Shown in pieces: positions 37,006 through 46,928 of a DNA stretch of 64,000 nt (its first letter is position 1; each line of letters starts with the position of its first letter). The position numbers and the translations under genes were made by a program. The stretch is taken from positions 150,576 to 214,575 of the forward strand of contig OZ253467.1 of NCBI GenBank assembly GCA_965261665.1, in the 5' to 3' direction. The DNA comes from Dehalococcoidia bacterium. GTDB taxonomy: Bacteria; Chloroflexota; Dehalococcoidia; Lucifugimonadales; GCA-2712585. The notes under the pieces are model-generated. The model made no database searches. It was given only the letters and a program-made list of their open reading frames with translations, and was not told the DNA's origin.

Positions 37006-38025
37006 ATGAAACCCAGGGACAACTCACGCCGGGGTGATTCATACCTTCTGAACTTGGCCAAGCAGCTGCGGCTTGCTCCGGATACTAAGGACGATATCCT
37101 TCGAGAGATGGAGGGTCATCTGGAGGAACGCACCGCCGAAATGGAAAAGGCGGGCCTGACGCCTCCGGAGGCGCAAAGAAGGGCAGCCGCACACATGGGC
37201 CGCCCCGACGCCGTGGCAAATGACCTCTACGCAATTCATAGCCGGGGCAACTGGCGGGACATCCTTCTGGCCACTCTGCCTCATCTGCTTTTGGCAGCCC
37301 TCTTTGCCCTTCACCTCTGGACGGAAATCCTCGTCCTCATGGTGGGCATGGCCCTCTTCACTTTCATCGCCTATAGGGGATGGAAGAAGAGTGGCGCCAA
37401 GTGGACCTACTCCTGGCTGGGTTACTGCCTGGCAGCCCCGACCATCTCTTGGATTATGGCATTCATGGCCCTGGGCTACGCCGGTTGGACCCTGCTGACC
37501 AAGGGCAGCCTGCCCTTCAGCATTCCCCTTCTGCTGGCCCTAATAATCTACGTGCCCATCAGTTTGTGGATACTGGCCGGCGTAATCATGCGACTGGTCA
37601 AGCGTGATTGGCTGCTGGCCTCCCTCACCGCCCTTCCCTTTCCCTTCCTGACCTCCTGGCTGCTCTTTCTGAACTGGCAGGGGTCACTCTGGTCCAGCTC
37701 CTCCAAAATTCAAGAGACGGACAGCGCGCGGGTAGTAGTCTTCCTCGCCCTGGCCGTCACCACCGCTATCTTCTTCAAAGTCGGCCGCCGGCTGGTACAG
37801 ATAGCTCTGCTTACCCTCTCCACGGCCTTGATGGTAATCTACACCGTGGTGGCCATTCCCCTGAGTTTCGGCCTACTGGCCGTCATACTGGTCATTCTGT
37901 CTTCGGTGGCCTTTCTCTTCAGCCCGGCCATCCTGGAGGCTAGATTGACCAGGCGCACGGCCTCGCGCCGACCCGCCCACCGCGGCGGACAAGTGGTGAC
38001 CCATTGGTTCAGCGTCCCAGGCTAG
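37006..38025 (+). CDS. PadR-associated membrane protein with N-terminal HAAS / permease-prefix-like domain
   Basis: YL..L...L...DILREMEGHLEE...G....EA..RA...MG.P..VA, then multiple TM helices. Confidence 0.8.
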   Translation: MKPRDNSRRGDSYLLNLAKQLRLAPDTKDDILREMEGHLEERTAEMEKAGLTPPEAQRRAAAHMGRPDAVANDLYAIHSRGNWRDILLATLPHLLLAALFALHLWTEILVLMVGMALFTFIAYRGWKKSGAKWTYSWLGYCLAAPTISWIMAFMALGYAGWTLLTKGSLPFSIPLLLALIIYVPISLWILAGVIMRLVKRDWLLASLTALPFPFLTSWLLFLNWQGSLWSSSSKIQETDSARVVVFLALAVTTAIFFKVGRRLVQIALLTLSTALMVIYTVVAIPLSFGLLAVILVILSSVAFLFSPAILEARLTRRTASRRPAHRGGQVVTHWFSVPG

Positions 38026-38873
38026 CCGTAGTGGTGGACAGCAGCTGCTGTCTGCCGGCCCAAGTGCTGAAGGAGTCCGGCATCATCGTCGTTCCCCACC
38101 AGCTCATCGCCGATGGCCGGGTGTACCGAGACGGCATCGACCTTAACACCTCTGACTTCTACCTCATGCAGTCGCTCAACGGGTCCGTCATCACTACCTC
38201 CGGCCCCAACCCCCAGGCCTTTCTTGAAGCCTTCCGACAGGCTGCAAAAGAGTCCCAGAGCATCCTCTGCATCACCCTTTCGCCCCGCTTCAGCCCCGTC
38301 ACCTACGACTCAGCCAAGATTGCCGTCCGCCTCGTCTTGGAGGAAAGGCCGGACCTTGAAATTCACGTGCTCGACAGCCGCGCGGTCGCGGGATCCCAAG
38401 GCTTCGTCGCCCTCGAGGCCCACCGAGCCTCTCAAGAAGGGTTGAGCCTGTCGGAAACGGTGGCCCGCATAGAAGACCTCGTGCCTCGCCTCCATCTTCT
38501 AGCCTACCTCGACACCCTCAAATACCTGGGCCGCAGTGGCAAGATCACCAAGGCCAAGGCGTGGGCGGGGACTCTGTTGGGCTTCAAGCCCCTCGTAGAA
38601 CTTAGCCAAGGAGAAGCCACCCTCATCGCCCGGCCTCGCAGCAACACCAAGGCCATGGAAAAGCTGCTAACCATCGTTTCTGAGCGCACAGAGGGAAAAC
38701 CCTCCCACGTCAACGTCATGCACGCCAACGCCCTCGAGAGGGCCCAAGTCCTTCATGATCAGGCCCTGCAGTCCATGAACTGCCGCGAGCTTTTCATCAG
38801 CGAGTTCACCCCAGTCATGGGCGCCCACACCGGCCCAGGACTCATCGGAATCGCCTACTACACGGAGGACTAA
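38004..38873 (+). CDS. DegV family fatty-acid-binding protein
   Basis: VVVDSSC.LP, YRDG.D, TTSGP, LDS, LDTLKYL.RSGKI, KP.V, PVMGAHTGPG. Confidence 0.93.
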   Translation: MVQRPRLAVVVDSSCCLPAQVLKESGIIVVPHQLIADGRVYRDGIDLNTSDFYLMQSLNGSVITTSGPNPQAFLEAFRQAAKESQSILCITLSPRFSPVTYDSAKIAVRLVLEERPDLEIHVLDSRAVAGSQGFVALEAHRASQEGLSLSETVARIEDLVPRLHLLAYLDTLKYLGRSGKITKAKAWAGTLLGFKPLVELSQGEATLIARPRSNTKAMEKLLTIVSERTEGKPSHVNVMHANALERAQVLHDQALQSMNCRELFISEFTPVMGAHTGPGLIGIAYYTED

Positions 38874-38888
38874 CCCACCCCATTCCTT

Positions 38889-39084
38889 GTCCTCGCGAAC
38901 GCGGGGACCCATCTTCTCCACCACTACCCATCACCCGTACACTCCGTAGGGCCGAACCTTCTGGTCGCCCCTCCCCCTTAATCCCTTCCCCCTCGATGGG
39001 GGAAGGTTTGGATGGGGGTGAATCCCTTGCCCTCGCGAAGGGAGATCTTTGTATAGCCGTCCTCCCCGTAAAAGCCGGAATCCA
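38889..39084 (+). repeat. Mosaic cluster of short palindromic repeats
   Basis: Family B at 38889-38912, degenerate family A at 38946-38970, family D at ~38983-39020, gtcctccccgtaaaagccggaatcca at 39059-39084. Confidence 0.85.
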
Positions 39085-39211
39085 GCTCTCGTTACCTTCG
39101 AGTCATACCCCATGCTCCCACTGACATCTTCCCATTGCTGTAAATCCCCCTACCCTGATACCCTTCCCTTGGAAAGACCCATGCACCTTAACAAAGTAGC
39201 GCGAAAATTCA

Positions 39212-39350
39212 CCTAAATACCGACTCGTTTGCCTAACTTTTTTGAAACGAGTCCCCACGCCTGAAACGAATAAACTCAGGCACGAATTTACTCTGACTCG
39301 TTTTCACAAACGAGTCATTCTCACGCCTAACCTTCCCAAAACGAGTCCAC
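39212..39350 (+). repeat. ~135-bp structured element; homolog at 7352-7490
   Basis: GACTCGTTT at 39222 and 39295; AAACGAGTC at 39245, 39308 and 39339; GCCTGA/TCAGGC hairpin at 39259-39281. Confidence 0.75.
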
Positions 39351-39430
39351 CTCCTAATCCAGATCCTCTTTTCTGGATAATCCCCGTCCAATCCATTACC
39401 ATTGCCGTCACAAACCCATAGGAGAACGCA

Positions 39431-40936
39431 ATGAACATTAGAGTCCTGCGAGAAAACGCAACCAAAGTCAATACACCCGCGCTGATAGTCAACCTCTTCG
39501 AGGGCGTCAAGAGTCCCAGCGGAGCCACGGGCGCCGTTGACCAGGCCCTTGGAGGAGCCATCAGCCAGCTTATAGACGACGGCGAAATTCAGGGCAAGAC
39601 TTCGGAGATGACCCTCATCCACACCTTCGGCAGAATCGGAGCCAGCCGCGTCCTCGTGGTAGGCCTCGGCAAGCAGGAGAATTTCTCCGCCAACACCGTG
39701 CGGAACGTCACGGGCGACGCCTGTCGATTCCTCCGAAGCCGTAACGTCTCCAGCGCCTGCACCATCGCCCACGGCGCCGGCATCGGCGGCCTCAACCCTC
39801 AATCAACGGCTCAGGCCATGGCCGAAGGCGCCCTCCTGGGCCTCTACCGCTTCAAGCACTACCTCTCCTCCAACGGCGACGACAGAGAGTTGGACGAGCT
39901 GACAGTCATTGAGCAGGACGAGACGAAAGTCGCCGAGATGCAGAATGGTCTAAGGGTCGGCACGATACTCGCCGAAGCTTCATGCCTCGCCCGAGACATG
40001 GCCAACGAACCTGCCAACGTGATGACTCCCACCCAGATGTCGGAGATCGCCCGCCGCGTCGCCGATGCCGAGGGTCTCGAGATCGAAATCCTCGACCGCG
40101 AGGATATGGAAGAAAAGGGCATGGGCGCTCTTGTAGGCGTAGCCCGCGGCAGTCATCAACCGCCCAAGCTAATCGTCCTGAAATACAAGGGCAACCCCGA
40201 CAACCCCGGGGACAACCTGGGCATCATAGGCAAGGGCATAACCTTCGACACCGGCGGCATCTCCCTGAAGCCTGCTGGTGGCATGGAGCGAATGAAGGGC
40301 GACATGTCCGGCGGCGCTTCCGTCATCGGCGCTATGCAGGCCCTTGGTCGCCTCCGACCCAAGGTGAACGTTACCGGCGTCGTCCCCGCCACTGAGAATA
40401 TGCCCGGCGGCGATGCCCAACGACCTGGCGACATCGTCCAGACCATGAGCGGAATAACCGTGGAGGTCATCAACACCGACGCAGAAGGCCGCCTGGTTCT
40501 CTCCGACGCCATGACCTACGCCAGGGAACTCGGCGTCAACCGCATGGTAGACATCGCCACCCTCACCGGCGCAATAGTCGTTTCTCTTGGCAAGATATGC
40601 ACCGGCGTCATGGGCAACGACCAGGAGTTCATCGACCAGGTCCTGAAGGCTGGCGAAGATACAGGAGAGCGCATCTGGCAGCTCCCCATGTTCGACGAAT
40701 ACAAGGACACCCTCAAGAGCAATGTTGCCGACATGATGAACGTGGGCAGCGACCGGGGCGCCGGTTCCATCACCGCCGCCAAGTTCCTCTCCGAGTTCGC
40801 CGATGGCGTCCCCTGGGCCCACCTGGACATTGCTGGAACGGCCGGCAGCACTGCCGACAAGGGCTATCTGGTCAAAGGCGCAACGGGCGTCCCCGTGCGA
40901 ACCCTCGTCAACCTGGCCCTGGCAAGCGAGTCCTAA
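39431..40936 (+). CDS. pepA: Leucyl aminopeptidase (M17)
   Basis: GKGITFDTGG, MKGDMSG, ENMP, NTDAEGRL, DIATLTGA, HLDIAGT. Confidence 0.95.
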   Translation: MNIRVLRENATKVNTPALIVNLFEGVKSPSGATGAVDQALGGAISQLIDDGEIQGKTSEMTLIHTFGRIGASRVLVVGLGKQENFSANTVRNVTGDACRFLRSRNVSSACTIAHGAGIGGLNPQSTAQAMAEGALLGLYRFKHYLSSNGDDRELDELTVIEQDETKVAEMQNGLRVGTILAEASCLARDMANEPANVMTPTQMSEIARRVADAEGLEIEILDREDMEEKGMGALVGVARGSHQPPKLIVLKYKGNPDNPGDNLGIIGKGITFDTGGISLKPAGGMERMKGDMSGGASVIGAMQALGRLRPKVNVTGVVPATENMPGGDAQRPGDIVQTMSGITVEVINTDAEGRLVLSDAMTYARELGVNRMVDIATLTGAIVVSLGKICTGVMGNDQEFIDQVLKAGEDTGERIWQLPMFDEYKDTLKSNVADMMNVGSDRGAGSITAAKFLSEFADGVPWAHLDIAGTAGSTADKGYLVKGATGVPVRTLVNLALASES

Positions 40937-40950
40937 CCCACCCTCCCCCT

Positions 40951-41501
40951 CCCTTCCCCTTCAGGGGGGAAGGCTAGGATGGGAGTGATCCCACGAAAAC
41001 CATGAGCAATAAAACCAGCCGGCCCAGTCCCAGAATATCCCTTCCCCCTCCACCCACATGTCATTCTGAACGCAGCGAAGCGCAGTGAAGAATCTCGTCG
41101 CCGTAGCAACCCGCCCCTCCCCTGTCCCCGACAACATTCTCCTCCCGTGAAGACGGTAGTCGGTAACCCATCCCCTCCCACTCCCCCACATGTCATTCTG
41201 AACGAAGCGGAGCGAAGTGAAGAATCTCGTTGCCTGTGCGCCATCCATCTCCCCGTGTCCTCGCGAAGGCGGGGACCCATCCGACGTTCTCCAGCGGGCA
41301 ACCTGTCACGCCAAGGGCAGCAAAGCGAAGCCGAGAATTCTCGTCGCTCTCCTCTCCCTCCCATTCCACTTCACCACAGAAAAGAACGAATCCCCTCCCC
41401 TCTTTCCCTTCCCCCTTCAGGGGGGAAGGTTAGGATGGGGGTGCACCCTCCCCTGTCCTCGCAAATAGCCCGCCCTCGTGAAGACAGGAGCGGGAACCCA
41501 T
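40951..41501 (+). repeat. Large mosaic cluster of palindromic repeats
   Basis: Family D at 40951-40987 and 41406-41443; family C at 41059-41096, 41191-41228 and 41304-41342 (degenerate); family B at 41257-41280. Confidence 0.87.
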
Positions 41502-41548
41502 CCCCATCCCTTCTTTCCCGCACAGAGCCAGCCCCGTCCAACACGACC

Positions 41549-41578
41549 TTGGCGTAACAGTCCCAAAGGGCTTATAAT
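41549..41578 (+). promoter_or_regulatory. Putative tRNA operon promoter
   Basis: TTGGCG -18 nt- TATAAT, ending 27 nt upstream of tRNA-His. Confidence 0.55.
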
Positions 41579-41605
41579 TCTTCATTGCCACAGGTAAGCC
41601 ATTGC

Positions 41606-41683
41606 GGTGAGCGTAGCCAAGAGGTCTAAGGCGCCTGGCTGTGGCCCAGGAGATCGTGGGTTCGAATCCCATCGCTCACCCCA
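41606..41683 (+). tRNA. tRNA-His (GUG)
   Basis: G-1 plus acceptor GTGAGCG/CGCTCAC, discriminator C, encoded CCA. Anticodon arm cctgg-ctGTGgc-ccagg; GTTCGAATC T-loop. Confidence 0.97.
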
Positions 41684-41708
41684 TCAAACATAGACGACAC
41701 TTCACCGC

Positions 41709-41784
41709 GCGCCTGTAGCTCAACGGATAGAGCACTGGGCTTCGGACCCAGGGGTTGCAGGTTCGAATCCTGTCAGGCGTGCCA
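41709..41784 (+). tRNA. tRNA-Arg (UCG)
   Basis: Acceptor GCGCCTG/CAGGCGT, discriminator G, encoded CCA. Anticodon arm ctggg-ctTCGga-cccag; GTTCGAATC. Confidence 0.96.
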
Positions 41785-41837
41785 CTCCCTCTAGCCTGCG
41801 CAGTGTAACCTATGAGAATACCAACCAAGACAACCCA

Positions 41838-43880
41838 GTGATCTCTTCAGATCGAGGTGCCCTCTTGGAGCATAGTTCCCCAAAGTACACCATGAGAATA
41901 TCCCGGCTTACCATAGACAAGCTGGGAATTCAGATGTACGACAGGGTGTCTGCTGTCTTGGCCGAGTTGATAGCCAATGCTTACGACGCGGATGCTGAGA
42001 ACGTCAAAATCACGCTGCCTTTCGGAAAATACCTGGCTAGGAAGATCGCGGGGAATGTCGAAGACCTAGGATTTGAGATCATCATTGAGGATGATGGTCA
42101 TGGCATGACTGCAGAAGAGGTCAACGACTACTATCTAATCGTTGGATACAACCGGAGAGTTTCACGCAGTCAACGAACGCCTAGGCACAATCGACGAGTG
42201 ATGGGTAGAAAGGGTATCGGCAAGTTGGCGCCTTTTGGCATCTGTCATGAGGTGGAAGTCATAAGCGCCGGCGGTGAAAAGACCGACCGCGGTTACGTCG
42301 TCTCAAATCTGATTCTGGATCTCGACAAGATTTTGGACGAGAAGTTCGACGACAAAGGAAACGTATTGCCGTATCACCCGCTCCCTGGTCCGCAAGACGG
42401 AAGCTTCAGGGACTGCACCGGAACTACTTTGCTCTTAAAGCGCTTTGACCGCAGGCGAGTTCCTACTGGGGAGGAATTAGATCGTCAACTAGCCGCCCGC
42501 TTCGGGCTTGGCCAAATCAATTGGAGCGTACGGTTGAAAGATAGCACGAGAACCGACCAACAAATTGAGCTTGGCACCCTAAACGTGGACATTTTGCCTG
42601 GTACTCGTATTGATGTAAAAGATAGACCAGTGAGAGTAGAAGACCGATTCCTACCAGTAACCGGCTGGGTTGCCTACGCGAAAGACTCCTATAAGGACGA
42701 AGTTATGGCCGGTGTTCGGCTGTATGCTCGCGGCAAAATTGTCGCTCAAACTAGAGATTTTGACATCAAGACTGGATTCACTGGTGAGTTCAAGATGAGA
42801 AGTTACCTTACGGGAGCGATCCATGCAGAGTGGCTTGATGAGGACGAGGATTTTGTCCGTACTGACAGACAGGACATCATCTGGAACTCTGATTACGGAA
42901 CTCCGCTACGTGAATGGGGCCAAGAACTTCTTAAAGAACTTGCTGCTAAGTCAGAGGCAAGCACAAGACGGCGTTCTTGGGACATATTCCTGGAAGAGTC
43001 ACATTTGGACAAGAGGCTCATGGTAGCCCACCCAAACGACAAAGCTATACGGGAATCGGTGTTGAGAGCAGCTAGGTCGCTGGTAGCACGTGCGGATAGA
43101 GACGCAATGACGAACCCGGGCTACAGAGACCGAATGGTGCAGTTGGCCTATGCGATTGGTCCCCATAGCACGTTACTTGCGACCCTAGATGAAGTCGCCT
43201 CATTGGTTGATGGTCCTACAGACATGATCCTCGACCTCTTTGAAAAGGCCAGATTGGTAGAGATGTATTCTCTTGGCCAAGTCGCTCAAGAGCGCGTAGA
43301 TGTCGTTCAACAGCTCATGAAGCTAATATCCAACCCAGCCACGGTGGAGAAACAACTGCAAAAGCTTATCGAAACTGCGCCCTGGATACTCTATCATGAT
43401 TGGACGCCGTTGAGTTTCAACCAGTCTCTCGCTTCAACCCGAGCAAACTTCCAGAATTGGTATTTGGCCAATTACAACGAGCAGATAGTCACCTCAGCCA
43501 TCGACGAACCAAACAAGAAACCCGACTTCGTAATGCTCAACCACGAAGGTAGGTTGGAGGTTATAGAGATCAAACGTCCTCAGCATGCTCTGGCAAATGA
43601 AGAGTTTGAAAGGGCATTCGGGTATCTAACCGCCGTGAGGAATTTCATAAGTGATACTGCAGCAGTAAAGGCATCGTTTCCCGAAGCAAGATTGACGATT
43701 GTCTGCGACTCGTTAAACCTAGACGCTTTGAGAGAGAACCCTATCCACACCGACAGTGCCGTTTTTCACAAGACTTGGCACGACCTACTTGAGTCCACAA
43801 ACCGAAGTCACGAAGACTTCCTAAACGTGGTTCGGAAAATGCAAGGGGAACTTCCAGAATTGGCCCCAGATGGAGAATAG
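41838..43880 (+). CDS. GHKL (MORC-like) ATPase fused to a C-terminal PD-(D/E)XK nuclease; putative restriction component
   Basis: ELIANAYDADA, EDDGHGM, MGRKGIGK, TGT; C-terminal KPDF...IEIKRP. Confidence 0.85.
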   Translation: MISSDRGALLEHSSPKYTMRISRLTIDKLGIQMYDRVSAVLAELIANAYDADAENVKITLPFGKYLARKIAGNVEDLGFEIIIEDDGHGMTAEEVNDYYLIVGYNRRVSRSQRTPRHNRRVMGRKGIGKLAPFGICHEVEVISAGGEKTDRGYVVSNLILDLDKILDEKFDDKGNVLPYHPLPGPQDGSFRDCTGTTLLLKRFDRRRVPTGEELDRQLAARFGLGQINWSVRLKDSTRTDQQIELGTLNVDILPGTRIDVKDRPVRVEDRFLPVTGWVAYAKDSYKDEVMAGVRLYARGKIVAQTRDFDIKTGFTGEFKMRSYLTGAIHAEWLDEDEDFVRTDRQDIIWNSDYGTPLREWGQELLKELAAKSEASTRRRSWDIFLEESHLDKRLMVAHPNDKAIRESVLRAARSLVARADRDAMTNPGYRDRMVQLAYAIGPHSTLLATLDEVASLVDGPTDMILDLFEKARLVEMYSLGQVAQERVDVVQQLMKLISNPATVEKQLQKLIETAPWILYHDWTPLSFNQSLASTRANFQNWYLANYNEQIVTSAIDEPNKKPDFVMLNHEGRLEVIEIKRPQHALANEEFERAFGYLTAVRNFISDTAAVKASFPEARLTIVCDSLNLDALRENPIHTDSAVFHKTWHDLLESTNRSHEDFLNVVRKMQGELPELAPDGE

Positions 43881-44379
43881 GGCTTTGCGGACAGACGTCA
43901 TGACCCCTACCCAACGCCGCCGCGCCATGGCGCACAACCGGGGAAGAACCGCCCCCGAGCGAGCCTTGGCATCGGCGTTGTGGCGTCAAGGGATCCGCTA
44001 CTACACCTACGAAGGCTACAAGTCCGCCACTGGCAAGAAACTCCCTGGATCCCCTGACATGATATTGCCACGGAAGATGATGGTCGTCTTTGTTGACGGT
44101 TGCTTCTGGCACGGTTGTCTTCAATGTCGCAAGCACGAAGGGTTGACCGGAGAGTTCTGGATTGGCAAAATCGACGCTAACAAGATACGGGATGAAAGGG
44201 TCGCGACTGAGTTAACAGGCTTGGGCTGGACGGTGCTTCGAATACCGGAGCATGACGTCAGAACCAAAGCGGCCCTGACAAAGACCGTTGACTGCGTAGC
44301 CTCGCTCATTCAGTCAATCTCTCCCGTAAGAGTCAAAGTCGACGCAGGAGTAACCGGTGCGCATTCAACCGGTCCGTGA
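43870..44379 (+). CDS. vsr: Very-short-patch repair endonuclease
   Basis: D.MTP.QR.R.M......T.PE, LPGSPD, VFVDGCFWHGC, FW..KI..N..RD, GW.VLRI.E. Confidence 0.92.
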   Translation: MENRALRTDVMTPTQRRRAMAHNRGRTAPERALASALWRQGIRYYTYEGYKSATGKKLPGSPDMILPRKMMVVFVDGCFWHGCLQCRKHEGLTGEFWIGKIDANKIRDERVATELTGLGWTVLRIPEHDVRTKAALTKTVDCVASLIQSISPVRVKVDAGVTGAHSTGP

Positions 44380-45739
44380 CTTCATACTACAGAGCAGGCC
44401 AACGTATGAACTCCCCTGGACTGCCGTTTCGCTCTTCTCTGGGGCAGGCCTTAGCGACCTCGGATACGAATTGGCCGGCTTCCGCTTCGCCGTACAAGTT
44501 GAGTTGGACCAGAAGCGAGCCGACATCGGCTCTCAGAACTTCCCCAACTCACAGTGGCTAACACTCGACGTCCGCGACCACGCGGAGGACATCGCAAGAG
44601 CATACCAGGAGGTTGAGTCTAGCCCACTGGACTTGCTGGTGGCTACTCCTCCGTGCCAGGGCATGAGCACTTCCAACCCCAGCAGGGGTAAACGACGAAC
44701 GCCGCGCGCCGAGGCACTAGAGGAAAAGAACAGGCTACTGCTGGAAGTGATTCCAGTAACGCGGCTACTCAAACCCAGAATCATCGTCATAGAAAACGTT
44801 CGCCAAGTGCTGACGCTCGAAGTAGAGCACAACGGTGAGCGGGACATGACAATCAATCACCTCCACAAGGGCCTGTCCGAGTACGAGGTGTTTCCTAACG
44901 TTGTCAACGTAGCCGATTACGGCGTTCCCCAAGTCAGAAAGCGGGCCCTAATCGTCGCGGTTCGAAAGGATGAGGCTTGGTTGGACTCGTTGAAGACTTC
45001 CGGCCGTTCGCCCACACCGGAGTCAACCCACGCAGAGCACCAGGTCAACGGGACAAAGCCCTGGGCAACCATTCGCGAATGGTTGCAGGCTATGGCATAC
45101 GAGCCGTTGGACGCAAAGACGAAGGATACAGCGCGAGGCGCCCACCCTCTACATTTCGCTCTCGCGTACGGAGCGGACCGCTATCTGCAGGTCAGCGAAA
45201 TACCGCCGTATTCAGGGCGTAGCGCCTACGACAACGACACTTGCCCAGAGTGTAAACGACAGGGGGTGGAGGCAGGGCTAATCCGATGCCCTGATTGCAG
45301 CGGAGTGATGCGTAACCGTCCCTATGTCGAAAGAGATGGGCACTCTTCACTCATTAGGGGCTTCCATTCCAGTTACCGACGCATGAGCCCTGAACGGCCC
45401 TCGTACACAATCACCACGAACTCAAGCCACGTAGGAAGCGACTTCAAAATTCATCCCTGGGAAAACCGGGTGATGAGCATTCTAGAGTGCTCCGACCTCC
45501 AGACTGTTCCTCGCTTCTACGACTGGACACGAGCGACTGAGGCCCACAGGTTCTACCTAATTCGCAATTTGGTCGGTGAGGCGTTCCCGCCCTACTTTAC
45601 GTACTTGCATGGTCGACTTTTGGCTAGCCTCCTATCCGGCAACAATTCATCACCACGGAACAGTAAGCCGGACATTGCGATTGATCCCTACATTCTTCCT
45701 GAGGTCAGGGTTTCCGAAAGAGTCCCGCTGCAAGCCTAG
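44357..45739 (+). CDS. DNA (cytosine-5)-methyltransferase with a Zn-finger-like insert
   Basis: Motif I LFSGAG, IV PPCQG, VI IENV, VIII YGVPQ.R.R, IX R.MS..E...LQ, X variant GEAFPP. CPEC...CPDC lies in the TRD region. Confidence 0.92.
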   Translation: MRIQPVRDFILQSRPTYELPWTAVSLFSGAGLSDLGYELAGFRFAVQVELDQKRADIGSQNFPNSQWLTLDVRDHAEDIARAYQEVESSPLDLLVATPPCQGMSTSNPSRGKRRTPRAEALEEKNRLLLEVIPVTRLLKPRIIVIENVRQVLTLEVEHNGERDMTINHLHKGLSEYEVFPNVVNVADYGVPQVRKRALIVAVRKDEAWLDSLKTSGRSPTPESTHAEHQVNGTKPWATIREWLQAMAYEPLDAKTKDTARGAHPLHFALAYGADRYLQVSEIPPYSGRSAYDNDTCPECKRQGVEAGLIRCPDCSGVMRNRPYVERDGHSSLIRGFHSSYRRMSPERPSYTITTNSSHVGSDFKIHPWENRVMSILECSDLQTVPRFYDWTRATEAHRFYLIRNLVGEAFPPYFTYLHGRLLASLLSGNNSSPRNSKPDIAIDPYILPEVRVSERVPLQA

Positions 45740-45805
45740 CCGAAAACAGTGGGCACAACCCAACTCCGACAGGTGGACGAGTTTTGCCGTCTCCCCCGCC
45801 CCGTC

Positions 45806-46489
45806 CTACCCCTTCTTCGGCAAAAACGGGATCAGCCTCTCAGCCAAGCCCAACATGTTCCTGCTCTGAATCCACACCTGGCCGCGCCCCCTGAACTTCA
45901 TCACCAGTCCTTCTCCGCCCGCTATCAGCGAGCGAAAGCCCCCCACCTTGCCAATGGAGTACTCCACGCCGTCCGTGAAGGCCACCACGTGCCCCGTATC
46001 CACCACCAACTCCTCCCCGCTGTCCAGGTCTAGCCGCTTGATGGCCCCGTAGGAATCGAAGAAAACGGTGCCCCCGGCTCCCTGAGCAAACGCCCGCAGA
46101 AAGAAGATGCTCTCCCCGCTGAAGACCCCCTTCATCCCCTGAAACTGCGTATCCGTCTCCACATTCTCGGTGCAGGCTAGAAAAGAACTTCCCTGGAGAA
46201 AAAGGTTCTCTCCTGGCTGTAAGTCCCGGGAGTGAATATCTCCCGGAATAGGCGGGGATATACTTACCCATCCCCCCACGCTTCCGGCAGTGAAAGTGTT
46301 GACGAAGAAAGACTCTCCGCCCATCATCCTTTTTATTCCGCCAAACAACCCGCCGCCGCCCATGCCCGTCTGCATCTCCACCCCTTGTTGCGCAACCATC
46401 GCCCCCGGTTCAGCCTTGAAGCTCTCCCCCGCAGCGAGTTCTAGGGTCAGCATGGTGTAGGAAGGACTGAATTCTATGGTGCTTTTCAT
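45806..46489 (-). CDS. TIGR00266 / AIM24 family protein
   Basis: AEPGAMV, GGESFFVN.F, SYGAI, VVDTGHVVAF, GEGLV..F.G.G.VWIQSR. Confidence 0.9.
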   Translation of the reverse strand: MKSTIEFSPSYTMLTLELAAGESFKAEPGAMVAQQGVEMQTGMGGGGLFGGIKRMMGGESFFVNTFTAGSVGGWVSISPPIPGDIHSRDLQPGENLFLQGSSFLACTENVETDTQFQGMKGVFSGESIFFLRAFAQGAGGTVFFDSYGAIKRLDLDSGEELVVDTGHVVAFTDGVEYSIGKVGGFRSLIAGGEGLVMKFRGRGQVWIQSRNMLGLAERLIPFLPKKG

Positions 46490-46720
46490 TCGCGTAATCC
46501 CCTTTCCATTGAAGAAATTTCAGATTGTACTGCTCTAGAGTCTAACATAGAACTTCCCATTACCTGTTCTCACCCCTGAAATTATCGCCTAGTCACGTAG
46601 GGGCGCTTCGGGAACCACCAGCCCTTCCTGCCGTTATTCTGAACTCCTTTCCACCCTCGATTCTCCCCGCTTTAATTCCTCTCCCAACGAGCGCGCACGT
46701 TCCCCATTGGCTGCTTTGGG

Positions 46721-46749
46721 TTGACTGCAACCAACAACGCTGTTATAAA
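46721..46749 (+). promoter_or_regulatory. Putative promoter of the betaine ABC operon
   Basis: TTGACT -17 nt- TATAAA with an extended TG. Leaves a ~175-nt leader. Confidence 0.55.
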
Positions 46750-46928
46750 AGGACTCAGAATGTTGGCCCCAGGGTACCTCTCGTTCAACCAGCGCCGCCA
46801 TTAGGCTTTCCGTCTTAGGCATCCGCTCCTTCAACAGACCGGGCCGATTGCCCTCGAAACACCAAACCCCTTTGGGCAACAATCCTAAACTCCCGCGTAG
46901 CTCCGCGCCACACATAGTCGGATAGCTC

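Noticed and set aside
40951-41501. Repeat clusters (also 5921-6128, 7025-7312, 38889-39084) as CRISPR arrays
   Set aside because: The repeats belong to several families with irregular spacing and low-complexity linkers. There is no constant repeat-spacer period and no cas gene.
41760-45805. Integrative element with attL/attR at tRNA-Arg
   Set aside because: No integrase was found, and no duplicated tRNA 3' end is visible after the methyltransferase.
46750-46928. c-di-AMP or other riboswitch in the proV leader
   Set aside because: No recognisable consensus elements or convincing terminator. An Rfam scan would be needed to exclude it fully.
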